From contig OX597819.1 of assembly GCA_951406725.2 (NCBI GenBank), forward strand, positions 120,218,001 through 120,282,000: a stretch of 64,000 nt of DNA, written 5' to 3'. The DNA comes from Octopus vulgaris (taxonomy: Eukaryota). Shown piece by piece: positions 1 to 13,318 of the stretch. The notes under the pieces were generated by a model. That model had not been told where the DNA came from, did not search any database, and saw nothing but the letters and a program-made list of their open reading frames with translations. Each line of letters opens with the position of its first letter. Position 1 is the first letter of the stretch. The position numbers and the translations under genes are program-made.

Positions 1-3000
1 TATCACCGAATATTTTCCTCAAAAATTTTTAAATTTTGACGGAAAATTTTCAAGAAAAATTTTTGGAAAATTTTCAACAAAAATAATTCGAAAATTTTCA
101 ACAAAAATTTTTCGAAAATTATCACCGAAAATTTTCCTCAAAAATTTTTCAAGAATTTTCACCGAAAATTTTAAACAAAAATTTTTCAAAATTTTTCACC
201 GAAAATTATCACCAAAAATTTTTTGAAAATTATCACCGAAACTTTTCCTCAACAATTTTTCGAAAATTTTCCACGAAAATTTTCAAAAAAATTTTGCGAA
301 AATTATCACCGAAAATTTTCCTCAAACATTTTTCAAAAATTTTCACCGAAAATTATCAACAAAAATTTTTCGATAATTAACACCAAAAATTTTTCGAAAA
401 TATTCCTCAAGAATTTTTCGAAAATTTTCCCCGAGCTAAAAATAGATTTGTTATGGCTAAAAATAGATTTTTAGGTGGCTGCTTTCTGTGTATATAGAGT
501 GAATACTGCTTTACTACTACAGTCAAGATGCCTCGCCAGATTCTGCTGTCGACGTTTATAGACTTCAGCATATGGAGCATATTAGTTAATTTTTCGAAAG
601 TTTTCACAGAAAAATTATCAACAAAAATTTTTCAAAAATTATCAACGAAAATTTTTCCTGAAGAATTTTTCGAAAATTTTCACTGAAAATTTTACCAAAA
701 AATTTTTCGAAAATTTTCAACAAAAATTTTTCGAAAATTATCACCGAAAATTAACATCAAAAATTTTTTTAAAAATTATCACAGAAAATTTTACCAAAAA
801 GTTTTTCGAAAATTTTCATCAAGAATTTTTCGAAAATTTTCAACAAAAATTTTCGAAAATTATAACCGAAAATTTTGCCAAAAAATTTTTGAAAAATTTT
901 CACCAAAAATTATTACCAAAAATTTTTCGAAAATAATCACCGAAAATTATCACCAAAAATTTTTCGAAAATTATCACCGAAAATTTTCCTCACGAATTTT
1001 TCGAAAATTTTCAACAAAAATTTTTCGAAAATTATCACTAAATATTTTGCCCAAAAATTTTTCGAAAATTATCACCGAAAATTATCACAAAATTTTTTGG
1101 AAATTATCACCGAAAATTTTGCTCAAGAATTTTTCGAAAATTTTCACGGAAAATTTTCAACAAAAATATTGCGAAAATTATCACCGAAAATTTTCCTCAA
1201 ACATTTTTCAAAAGTTTTTCGAAATATTCCTCAAGAATTTTTCGAAAATTTTCCCGAGCTAAAAATAGATTTGTTATTCGAAAAATTTTCAGTGATAATT
1301 TTCGAAAAATTTTTCTTGAAAATTTTCGTTGAAAATTTTCGAAAAATTTTTGGGTAAAATTTTCGGTGATAATTTTCAAAAAATATTTGGTGATAATTTT
1401 CGAAAAATTTTTGTTGAAAATTTTCGGTGAAAATTTTTGAAAAATTCTTGACGAAAATTTTCGGTGATAATTTTCGAAAAATTTTTGTTGAAAATTTTCG
1501 GTCAAAATTTTCGAAAAATTCTTGAGGAAAAATTTTGGGTGATAATTTTTGAACAATTTTTGCTGATAATTTTTGGTGAAAATTTTCGACAAATTAACTA
1601 ATATGCTCCATATGCTGAAGTCTATAAACGTCGACAGCAGAATCTGGTGAGGCATCTTGACTGTAGTAGTAAAGCAGTATTCACTCTATATATACACAGA
1701 AAGCAGCCACCTAAAAATCTATTTTTAGCTATAACAAATCTATTTTTAGCTCCGGGAAAATATTCGAAAAATTCTTGAGGAATATTTTCGAAAAATTTTC
1801 GGTGAAAATTTTCGAAAAATTTTTGGTAAAACTTTCGGTGATAATTTTTCAAAAATTTTTGGTGATAATTTTCGAAAAATTTTTCGAAAAATTTTTGTTA
1901 AAAATTTTCGGTGAAAATTTTGAGGAAAATTTTCGGTGATAATATCCATAAAATTTTGAGGAAAATTGTTGAAAAATTTTTGTGTAAAAGTTTCGGTGAT
2001 AATTTTCGAAAAATTTGTTGAAAATTTTCGGTGAAAATTTTCGAAAAATTCTTGAGGAAAAATTTTGTGTGTCGACGTTTATAGACTTCAGCATATGGAG
2101 CATATTAGTTTACTTTTCGAAAATTTTCACCAAAAATTATCACCAAAACTTTTTCACATATTATCACCCAAAATTTTTCAGCAAGAATTTTTCGAAAATT
2201 TTCACCGAAAATTTTCAACAAATTTTTCGAAAATTATCACCAAAAATTTTTCGAAAATTATCACCGAAAATTTTTCACAAAAATTTTTCGAAAATTTTCA
2301 CCGAAAATTTTCAACAAAAATTTTTCGAAAATTATCACCAATACTTTTTGGAAAATTATCATCGAAAATTTTTAAAAAAATATTTGAAAAATTTTCACCG
2401 AAAATTATCACCAAAAATTTTTTTAAATTATCACCGAAAATTTTACCAAAAAATTTTTCGAAAATTTTCGTCAGGAATTTTTCGAAAATTTTCCCCGAAA
2501 ATTATCACCAAAAATTTTTCGAAAATTATCACCGGAAATTTTCCTCAAATAATTTTTCGAAAATTTTCCACGAAAATTTTCAACTAAATTTTCCCCGAGC
2601 TAAAAATAGATTTGTTATGGCTAAAAATAGATTTTTAGGTGGCTGATTTCTGTGTATATATAGAGTGAATACTGCTTTACTACTACAGTCAAGAGCTGCA
2701 GATTCCTCACACGAAAATTTTCATTGTTAAAAATTTTTCGAAAATTATCACCAAAAATTTTTGGAAAATTATCACCGAAAATTTTGCTAATAAAAATTTA
2801 CGAAAATTTTCCTCAAAATTTTCTAAAATTTTCACCGAAAATTTTCAAGAAAAATTTTTCGAAAATATCACCGAAAATTTTACCCAAAAATTTTCAAAAA
2901 TTTTCACCGAAAATTTTTCGAAAATTATCACCGAAAATTTAACCCAAAAATTTTCGAAAATTTTCCTTAAGAATTTTTCGAAAATTTTCACCGAAAATTT

Positions 3001-6000
3001 TCAACAAAAATTTTCGAAAATTATCACCGAAAATTTTACCCCAAAATTTTTCAAAAATTTTCACCGAAAATTTTAAAAAACAAAAATATTTCGAAAATTA
3101 TCACCAAAAATATTTTTTGAAAATTATCACCGAAAATTTTACCAAAAATTTTTCGAAAATTTTCAACGAAAATTTTCAACAAAAATTTTTCGAAAATTAT
3201 CACCGAAAATTTTACCCAAAAATTTTTCAAAAATTTTCGAAAATTATCACCAAAAATTTTCGAAAATTTCTCAGCGAAAATTTCTACAAAAATTTTTCGA
3301 AAATTTTCACGAAAATTTTCAACTAAAATTTTCCCGAGCTAAAAATAGATTTGTTACGAAAATTTTGGTTCAAAATTTTCAACTAAATTTTCCCGAGCTA
3401 AAAATAGATTTGTTACTAAACTGTTGAAATTTTTCAAAAATTTTCAACGAAAATTTTTCCTGAAAAAGAAAATTTTTCTGAAAATTTTCAAATTTTCTGA
3501 AAATTTTCAAAAATTTTCGAAAATTTTCCGAAAATTTAAAATTTTTAGAAAAATTTTCGGAAATTTTCAAAAATTTTTCGAAAATTGATCATTTTCGAAA
3601 ATTAATTTGGTGAAAATTTTCGAAAAATTTTGAAAAAATTTTCGAAAAAATTTGTGATAATTTTCGAAAATTTTTGTTGAAAATTTTCGTGAAAAAAAAA
3701 TTTTCGAAAATTTTGTGAAAAAATTTTCGAAAATTTTGAAAATTTCGGTGAAAATTTTTCGAAAAATTTTACCGAAAATTTTCGCTCAAAAATTTTTGAA
3801 AAATTTTGGGAAAATTTTCGAAAAATTTTTTTCGAAAATTTTTTCAAAATTTCAAAAATTTTTGAGGAAAAATTTTCGAAAATTTTCGATAATTTTGAAA
3901 AATTTTTGAAAATTTTTAAAATTTTGCAAAAATTTTCGAAAATTTCACGAAAATTATCACAAAATATGCTGAAGTCTATAAACGTCGAAGCAATTTTCTG
4001 GTGAGGCATCTTGACTGTAGTAGTAAAAGTATTCACTCTATATATACACAGAAACAGCCACCTAAAAATCTATTTTTATCTATAACAAATCTATTTTTAT
4101 TTTCGAAAAATTTATTCGAAAATTTCTGTGAAAATTTTCGAAAATTTTGAAAAAAATTCAAAATTTTCAGTGATAATTTTCGAAAAATTTTGAAAATTTT
4201 GAAAATTTTCGAAAAATTTTTAAAATTTTCGGTGATAATTTTCAAAAATTTTTGGTGAAAATTTTCGAAAATTTTCAAAAATTTTGAGGAAAAATTTTCG
4301 GTGATAATTTTTGAAAAATTTTTCGTGATAATTTTTTCAAAAATTTTCGAAAATTAAAATATGCTTTGCTGAAGTCTATAAACGTCGAAAATCTGTGGTT
4401 TGACTTGAAAAAGTATTTTGCCACCTAAAATCTATTTTTAGCTATAAAAATCTATTTTTGGAAAATATTCGAAAAATTTTGAGGAATATTTTCGAAAATT
4501 TTCGGTGAAAATTTTCGAAAAATTTTTGGTAAAACTTTCGGTGATAATTTTTCAAAATTTTTGGTGATAATTTTCGAAAATTTTCGAAAAATTTTTGTTA
4601 AAAATTTTCGGTGAAAATTTTTGAAAAATTTTCGTGATAATATCCGTAAAATTCTTGAGGAAAATTGTTGAAAAATTTTTGGTAAAAGTTTCGATAATTT
4701 TCGAAAAATTTGTTGAAAATTTTCGAAAAATTCAGAAAAATTTTGGGTGTCGACGTTTATAGACTCACATTGGAGCATTTAGTTAACTTTTCGAAAATTT
4801 TCACCAAAAATTATCACCAAAACTTTTTCACAAATTATCACCCAAAATTTTTCAGCAAGAATTTTTCGAAAATTTTCAACGAAAATTTTCAACAAATTTT
4901 TCGAAAATTATCACCAAAAATTTTTCGAAAATTATCACCGAAAATTTTTCACAAAATTTTTCGAAAATTTTCACCGAAAATTTTCAACAAAAATTTTTCG
5001 AAAATTATCACCAAAACTTTTTGGAAAATTATCACCGAAAATTTTAGCAAAAAATTTTTCGAAAATTTTTAACAACAATTTTTCGAAAATTATCATCGAA
5101 AATTTTTTAAAAAAATTTGAAAAATTTTCACCGAAAATTATCACCAAAAATTTTTTAAAATTATCACCGAAAATTTAACCAAAAAATTTTTCGAAAATTT
5201 TCCCCGAAAATTATCACCAAAAATTTTTGGAAAATTATCACCGAAAATTTTCCTCAAGAATTTTTCGAAAATTTTCCACGAAAATTTTCAACAAAATTTT
5301 CCCCGAGCTAAAAATAGATTTGTTATGGCTAAAAATAGATTTTTAGTTGGCTGATTTCTGTGTATATATAGAGTGAATACTGCTTTACTACTACAGTCAA
5401 GATGCCTCACAGAAAATTTTCACAAAAATTTTTCGAAAATTATCACCAAAAATTTTGGAAAATTATCACCGAAAATTTTGCTTAAAAATTTTCGAAAATT
5501 TTTCGAAAATTTTCCTCAAGAATTTTTCTAAAATTTTCACCGAAAATTTTCAAGAAAAATTTTTCGAAAATTATCACCGAAAATTTTACCCAAAAATTTT
5601 TCAAAAATTTTCACCGAAAATTTTTCGAAAATTATCACCCGAAAATTTAACCCAAAAATTTTTCGAAAATTTTCCTTAAGAATTTTTCGAAAATTTTCAC
5701 CGAAAATTTTCAACAAAAATTTTCGAAAATTATCACCGAAAATTTTACCCAAAAAATTTTTCAAAAATTTTCACCGAAAATTTTCAACAAAAATTTTTCG
5801 TCAAAATCATCACCGAAAATTTTACACAAAAATTTTTTTCACCAAAAATTTTCAAAATTTTCACCAAAAATTTTTCGAAAATTATCACCGAAAATTTTAC
5901 CAAAAAATTTTTTCGAAAATTTTCAACAAAAATTTTTCGAAAATTATCACCGAAAATTTTACCCAAAAATTTTTCAAAAATTAGCACCGAAAATTATCAC

Positions 6001-6480
6001 CAAAAATTTTTCGAAATTTTTCACCGAGAATTTCTCCAAGAATTTTTCGAAAATTTTAAACAAAAATTTTTCGAAAATTATCACCGAAAATTTTACCCAA
6101 AAATTTTCAAAAAAAATTTTTCGAATATTATCACCGCAAATTTTACCCAAAATTTTTCTAAAATTATCGAAAATTTTACAAAAATTTTTTTTCTCAAAAA
6201 TTTTTCGAAAATTTTCACCGAAAGTTTTCAACAAAAACCCGAAAATTATCACCTAAAATTTTACCCAAAAATTTTTTTAGCACCGAAAATTATCACCAAA
6301 AATTTTTGGAAAATTTTCACCGAAAATTTTTGAATTTTCAACAAAATTTTTCGAAAATTATCACCGAAAATTTTACAAAAATTTTCAAAAAAAATTTTTC
6401 GAATATTATCACCGCAAATTTGTATTTGTCGAAAATTATCACGAGAATTTTTGAAAATTATGAAAATTTTACCAAAAAAT
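1..6480. repeat. Complex AT-rich satellite array with internal inversions
   Basis: Built from ~10-13 bp subunits TTTTCGAAAA, TTATCACCGAAAA, TTTTCAACAAAAA, TTTTCCTCAAGAA. The diagnostic subunit reads TTATCACCG in 1-1276, ~2070-3600 and ~4750-6480, and CGGTGATAA in 1277-2070 and ~3600-4750. Confidence 0.95.
433..590 (+). repeat. Non-degenerate ~158 bp cassette within the satellite (reference copy)
   Basis: GAGCTAAAAATAGATTTG...GAGCATATTAGTTAAT. Full inverted copy at 1593-1752; partial copies at 1256, 2070, 2597, 3336, 3395, ~3960-4100 (-), ~4360-4460 (-), 4748, 5305. Confidence 0.93.
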
Positions 6481-6484
6481 ATAT

Positions 6485-7040
6485 GCGTGTATGGCCAGCT
6501 AAGGAGAATCATATGTGTAACCAACCATGAAGAACAAATCAACAGTATAAAGAAATAAAATATCAATCTTTTAAAACGGCAGCCACTTTAAGGTTACGAG
6601 AATCACCATCCCACTACATTTACGTATTCAAAGCACTTTGAATACGTAAATAGGCTTTGTGACTACTACTAAATTAAGGTCACGACAGAGAAATAGAATG
6701 TTATTGAAGCCGAGGATTTTAAATTTACAGAGACAATATTTACATATCACCTGAGGAAATACAACTAGACCTCGTAATGCAGGGAAATAGTTTCTTAATC
6801 AAGTACCTGCACATCTGGAGAACTACGTTGCGTGCAAACAATTGTAGTGATTAAAACATAAATGTTCAACCGTACTCTTCTTGTTGACTCCAATTTTTCA
6901 ATTATGTATTCACACATGAGAGATGCCCAAATGCAAACCTGGAAATACATATAATACTACTACTGGAAAGTAAAGTTTAAATGTGAAAGTGGACGAGCGA
7001 GCTTTATACTGTATTCTACTATGTTCTTAACAGAATATAC
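6485..7040 (+). mobile_element. Old non-autonomous TIR element, copy 1 (left end lost at the satellite edge)
   Basis: ~6510-6890 matches ~32050-32440 in direct orientation; ~6900-7040 matches the reverse complement of ~31900-32035. Confidence 0.7.
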
Positions 7041-7065
7041 TATAATTATATATATACATATATAA

Positions 7066-7195
7066 GACGGGCTTCTTACGGTTTACGTCAACCAGATATA
7101 CTCACAAGTCTTTGGTCGGCTCGAGTCTATAGCAGAAGACACATGCCCAAGGTGTCACGCAATAGTACTGAACCCAGAACCTTGTGGTTGGGAAT
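7066..7195 (-). mobile_element. SINE family A fragment
   Basis: Degenerate match to the head/CORE-like region of full copies (GAAGACACATGCCCAAGGTGTCACGC). Confidence 0.85.
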
Positions 7196-7822
7196 ACATA
7201 TATATTTAAATATATCTGTATATATACACGGCAAGATGTGTGTGTGTGTATACGTGATTGTAGTTCATGCACATCCACAAATTAGCACGCATGTCGCTCA
7301 AATTTTAGGAGGACATTTGCAAACATCCTATCTTGGTTTTGTCAACTTATTTTTTTCCCGAGGCACCCGCGGATAGCGGTAAAAATCTATTTTCAGCCAT
7401 ATCTTTTTGACGGCGTCTAACTAAAAGAAAAACAAGATAAAGAAAAGTGGAAGAAGAGAGGCAGAGAGTTTCACGGGAAAGACAAAGTGAGAGAGGGAGA
7501 GAGAGTAAGTGACGATGTTCATAAAATATAAAATGTAAAATGTTTTGTCTTTTCTTAAACACGAGATATAATGTTCAAATTCAGGATGTTTTTGAAAGAC
7601 ACTATATTTTATACTCATAGTATATATACTTTGTCACACAACAATTACAATATATTTATTTTAAATCATTTATTTATTCGTTCATCTTTCTCCCCCCCTA
7701 TGAAACCGAACTCGAATTTTCAGTGTCTGGTGAAGGCAAGCAAGCAGAAACTTCGAATTAATCCCTTCGATATGGTTTGTCTGAATGGTTAGCCTGTTCT
7801 TGTTAGTTCTAGATGGTTAGTC

Positions 7823-8089
7823 TGTAGCATAGACCAGGCTTGTATAGAAAGCGCCGATGAATCGGTAATTTATCAACAGAGTTTATTAATCAATGCAAGA
7901 AATGCACTTCGTTCCTATATCGAAAATAGAAATGTAATTCGGAAAAGCTGGTAAACTATGTATCTTCCGTTCGAAATCAACAAATTTTGCTATTATGAGA
8001 TAATTATCTCTGTAAAATAAAAAGAATGGAAGAAATAGTCGAGTACTAGAACTGGTTCAAATGAAACACGCGTTACCTATTACTCTACA
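7823..8089 (-). mobile_element. Probable 267 bp LTR, with a decayed GC-richer internal segment upstream to ~8600
   Basis: On the minus strand it begins TGTAG and ends CTACA, has AATAAA about 65 nt before the end, and is preceded by a purine-rich stretch (GAGGAGGGGATGG). No second LTR or clear pol motif found. Confidence 0.5.
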
Positions 8090-9226
8090 TACGTCTCCAA
8101 AGTCCATCCCCTCCTCACCGTGGGGAGGGGGACGCTGGTAACGGGTAGTGTCAGAGCTATGCCGTCGGGAACTTCGGTTCCTGGTAGGGCCACCCAAGGC
8201 CGATTGGTCTGATACCGAGTGGTATTAGGGCCACAACCCGGCAGACGGGACTCTGGTAAAAATCCTCGGAGTGTCTTCTTCGGCAACCGGCGGCTCCTCA
8301 GTCGTTGTGTCCCTGCGTCTGCGGACAATCTGCGGCAAACAGGATGTCTTCACATGCGGGATTATTGGGGACCGCTTGTGAAATCCACATAATCCCACGA
8401 AACTTCTTCCATGAGTAGAAGAAGCCGACTCAACCCGCCCGAGGTGAATGTCGCCACAAGTAAAGTAAGTCTACATACGAATGCTTCAAGGCTGTCGGGT
8501 GTCTTTTTCACCAGATACATTCGATAGTTCAGCTTGAAATTATATGCCGTAGTGAAAAACGCAAAATAAAGGTGGCCTCGGAATGAGACATACATTTAAG
8601 AAACGAAATAAGGGTGAGGAAAATGGAACTGGTAAAGGGCCAGTGGTATTCCCTACTCACAGATTACCTAAACGAAATAGATAGTGGTGTGGTTTCATTT
8701 CGCTAGCAAATTTATGGTGTAGCTACTGCAAACTAAGGTGTGATTAACTTGCATCTGGCTTCAATGAAGGGAAACCGGCTCACAAAAATGGGATATTAAT
8801 TAATTAAGAAAGATTATGTGATTAAAAAGAACTCTTAGGGGCGAAAGGCAAAGAAGAGATAATAAAGGGTAAGGGGGCAAAATTTGAAGCCTGTAAGAAC
8901 CGTATATATACACACATATGTATATGCTTGTCCACACAAAAATAGGACTACACAGACGTATGCGTAGAAAGCATATCCGTATAAAAAAGAAAGCATATCT
9001 GTACGAAACGATCGTCGGCATGAATCAAAATGTTCTTATGTATTTTAATATCTTCTCTTCCCCATTTTAAACAAAATTGTTGAATTCTATTGTATTTTTT
9101 TCGATAAATTCACAGCAAATCATATAAAAGTATTATTTTCATATTCGCAAATTTACGCCTGTAAACCACCAGCAAAATCTGAAGAATCAATATTAGAAAT
9201 CGCTTTTTGGAAACCTCCAAATTAAG

Positions 9227-9259
<33 letters not shown>

Positions 9260-9899
9260 ATACATGCTTGCATATATGTATGTATGTACGTATATATGTA
9301 TGTATAAAGGCAGGTGATCAAACGTATATGTATAGTTACGGAAGCGTGTGTACATATAGAAGAAAAGGAAAAAATAAAACAGTAAAACCACACACCTACA
9401 CAAATGCGAGGGTTTAAGGGTCGTTGTACAAACGGAAAGAAGATACATGAAACGATATTGGCAAAAGGATTTAGGAAAAAACGGGAAATGGTAATCTAAC
9501 GCAGCTGTATATCGTGTATGAAAGGATGATCGAGTGGGCTATTATAAGTGGGGGCATAAATATGTACAAGGATTGAAGAAAGGCATAGATTAGCAGGATA
9601 TAACATGGTACTCTAGAGAAAGATAAAGTAACCGATGTAAGGATTGAACTGTCGAGAACGAAGCCTATGCGAGGAATATATGCTTAACCTGATCTCCACT
9701 TCGCTACATAGTTAAGACAACTAGATGAAGTCTTGCCAAGGGAATTTTATTATTATACTAAATAATATGAAATAGATATAATAAGGTCCTATATTCAATA
9801 CATGTAGCAATTTATACATAGGCTTATGTGTGTTTATAAATTTCATTCCTATTCACCAAATAAAGACATCGTCAGGATTTTTGTTCTACGATTCTTGCA

Positions 9900-10695
9900 T
9901 TTCAAACCGGCTGAGCTCTTGATAGAGGAATTTCACAATGTTTATAACAGTTCTTCACGTTCTGACATTCTGACTTCATCTCATTTTCGCTTTGCATTTG
10001 GATTTCTCTCGGAATCGATATAATCAACTAAAAACAAAATGCCCTTGCTCGTTCCTAAGGTTGACCCTCCAGTTCGTGGCCAAAGCTTGGCCTTGCGCCG
10101 CCAGTATAGGGTTCTCTTTCTCTTTTTTTTTAGGGTTTCATTCATCAACCAACAACCCCTTTGTGGCTACATCGAATTGTTTGTGTAGTTCCTTCTTGCG
10201 TACTTCTTCTTTATATCTTTTTTGTACTTCTTCCTTTGTTTTTCCTTTTTTTCTCTGCTCTCAATTACTCCCTCGTTCTTTACAGTCTCCAGCAAGGTTT
10301 CCTTACTTTAGGCCAGGTATTCGAAACGCACGCAGTCTTCCACGCTTATCACTCTTCTTCCTCCACTTGCTCTCTTTATGTATATGCGATCAGTGTCCGC
10401 ACGTGGATGATGGGAATCATGCATCGTTATGAGCTTTCTTGACTTCTTATCCATCTGCTTTAGCTCCTCCTCTGCCGACTTAAGTATTCCAGCGCCATAC
10501 CGAACTGCTGCAGCTGTGGGCGAGTTTATTGCCGAAATTATGTTTATAGCATTCAGCTTTGAAGCCAATATTTTTCTCACTCGGGCAGGTATTCTCTTTT
10601 TGTCTTTTCCTTCATATCGTAGTGTTTGATTCAATCTACCTCGAGTATTCCCAGGTATTTATAACTGGATTGAGTTTGAATTGCCTTCATTATTT
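9900..10695 (-). pseudogene. R4/Dong-clade non-LTR retrotransposon RT fragment
   Basis: Translates to SSYKYLGILE*, then after a frameshift RVRKILASKLN...AINS...VRYGAGIL...DKKSRKLITMH..HHPRADTDRIYIKRASGGR..ISVEDCV (RT domain 7/thumb). Confidence 0.88.
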
Positions 10696-10761
10696 CAGCC
10701 CTGGGCGACCACATGACTTCTGTCCTGGCAAGCTTTACTTGACTCATCTCTATCGCAGCAC

Positions 10762-10925
<164 letters not shown>

Positions 10926-11458
10926 TCAGTAGTTTTATTTTTATAACGTGCTTTCACTTCACTACCGAGCGCAGCTCTGTGTGCCTTGGATATGTGATGT
11001 GATTTGTTGTGATGCTCTGATGGTTACTGTATTGAAAGTGTTCTGCGTAGAATGTGTGAAGTGCCCAGTAGTGCAATTTTCTGTATGTTATATGTGTTTG
11101 TAAGTCCTGGTGTTTTTGTTATGTATTTGTCAATGCACCTACTATGATAGGAATTGTTTCTGCTTTTAGATTCCACATTCTAGTTACCTCTATTTCCAGG
11201 TCTTTGTATTTTGAAAGTTTCTCCATTTCTTTTAGAGACACGTTGTCATTTGCTGGTATTGATACATCAATTAGAAAGCATTTTTTTCTTCATGATCTCT
11301 CACAACTATATCTGTTCTGTTGGCCTTAATTTCTCAATCTGTGTGTATTGGCATATCCCAGAGTATGGTTGCTTTCTCGTTTTCTGTGACCTTTTCTGGT
11401 GTGTGCCTATACCATCTTTTTTCTGTTGTTATTCCATAATGTTGGCATAGCTTCCAGT

Positions 11459-11460
<2 letters not shown>
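10926..11460 (-). mobile_element. 5'-truncated R4/Dong-type element: RLE endonuclease region plus 3' UTR, inserted in (TAA)n
   Basis: HWKLCQHYG...ILWDMPIHTD*EIKANRTDIVVRD...CFLIDVSIP...KYKDLEIEVTRMW...IPIIVGAL; (TAA)n tracts on both sides. Confidence 0.9.
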
Positions 11461-11663
<203 letters not shown>

Positions 11664-11864
11664 CAAGGTGTTGGGCTGGCAGAATCTTTAGTTCTAAAGT
11701 ACATTTGCTGTGTGACTACAATGAAGTAAACATGTTTCATCAAGAATTCGAAACAACCTCATGTTGTGGGCAAATGTTGCGCTAATTCGGATCTTTGTTG
11801 TGCATTACACATACCCTGGAGACTTCCTCATTTTAAAATCAAATGTCTAATTGTAGATATTTGT

Positions 11865-12493
11865 ATGTGATCAAACAATTTTTCTAGGTTCATTAGCAAA
11901 TTTTAAATAACAATAATTTGTGTCTGTGATTTTGTGATGGACAGGAACAAAGAGCCAACATGAAATTTTATTGTAAAACTTGGAGAATCTGCTACAGAGA
12001 CATTGAACATGCTTTAGCAAGCTTACAGCGACGAGGCAATGAGTTGTAAGTAATGTTTCGAGTACCACGGACTCTTCAAAAGCGGAAGAACGTCCCTGGA
12101 AGACGACGAGTGACCTGGAAGGTCTGCCACGGGCATCATCCCCGAAAATGTGGTATTGCACATCAAAAATACGTCCCCCAAGACGAGCTGGCAGAAATAT
12201 TAGCGCGCCGGGCGAAATGCTTAGCGGTAATTCGTCTGCTGTTACGTTCTGAGTTCAAATACCGCCGAGGTCGACTTTGTCTTTCATCCTTTCGGGGTCG
12301 ATAAATTAAGTATCAGTTATGCACTGGGGCTGATGTACTTGTTTGTCTCCTCTATGTTTAATGCCTTGAAATCCTGGCACCGGTATATTGCTGCGCAAGG
12401 TGACCATTTCGAAGGAGATGATGTTAAACGTAGGTAAATAAGTTATTTTCTATTAAACATTATTAGTCCAAGAACTTTTTGATACCACCTCAT
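11865..12493 (+). mobile_element. Internally deleted mariner remnant interrupted by a SINE
   Basis: 11937-12152 gives MKFYCKLGESATETLNML*QAYSDEAMS...FKSGRTSLEDDE*PGR; ~12375-12420 gives IAAQGDHFEGD; ends in TIR-like ACTTTTTGATACCACCTCATA. Confidence 0.8.
12183..12362 (+). mobile_element. SINE family B (tRNA head plus Meta/MESC-like domain)
   Basis: GAGCTGGCAGAA..TTAGC..GAGTTCAAA..GAGGTCGACTTTG.CTTTCATCCTTTCGGGGTCGATAAA. Confidence 0.9.
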
Positions 12494-12567
12494 ATATATA
12501 TAAGCATATATATATTTATTTATACATATATAAATGTATATATATATGTGCGAGTATAAATATATAT

Positions 12568-12605
<38 letters not shown>

Positions 12606-12619
12606 CGCATATATATATA

Positions 12620-12670
<51 letters not shown>

Positions 12671-12742
12671 GCATATATATATATGTATGTATGTATCTAT
12701 GTATATATATATAATACATGTTTTGCATATTCCTTTATTGTT

Positions 12743-13248
12743 TTATTCTTTTACTCGATTCAACCATGCGGTTGCAATCATGCTGGAGTACAACTGTGGT
12801 CTTTCTGAGTTCCTCAGTTTGGGGCGTTTCACATCACCATTCCTGTATGTGCTTTTCTCTCAGCTGTTGGCGCATTTGGTAATAAGCGGGTTTTGATTCC
12901 GCTGCCTTCGTCTGCACCTCATGTCGAGCTGTTGTTTCATCCGGTATTGTGGAGAGGAGCATGACTAGTTCTTTTTGAATACATCTGTTTTCGCTTTATC
13001 GAGATTTCTTAATTTTAGCGGCAGGGCCATTGAAAGACTATGGGCCTATGAACACAAGAGTATTGCAGTAGCTGCACCTGAATTTCGATGGAGAGGATGG
13101 TACTTTGATTACAATAACATGGCTTCTTGTTCTGGCACTTGTATAACACTCAATGCCGAAATTAGTTACTAGACCCTCTGGGAGCAGTAGTCCATGCGGC
13201 TGAGAACAAACGTACATCACAGGGTTAACATAGTTTCTTCGCCTCTCA
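12743..13248 (-). pseudogene. Decayed CR1/L2-group LINE 3' fragment with tail
   Basis: EGLVTNFGIECYTSART...PSKFRCSYCNTLVFIGP and TIPDE align to the C-terminus of the 33982-34806 ORF; tail CTCCAGCATG..hairpin..GAGTAAAAGAAT. Confidence 0.85.
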
Positions 13249-13254
13249 TATGTA

Positions 13255-13317
<63 letters not shown>

Positions 13318-13318
<1 letters not shown>

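Noticed and set aside
433-5410. Recurrent cassette resembling a CRISPR repeat-spacer array
   Set aside because: Intervening DNA is itself repetitive, spacing is hundreds of bp, orientation varies, no cas genes, eukaryotic context.
223-6566. Dozens of K/F/I/N-rich ORFs
   Set aside because: Translations of the satellite in all frames; no protein-like complexity.
8995-9025. GAAACGATCGTC hammerhead-like half motif
   Set aside because: No upstream CUGANGA with matching stems found.
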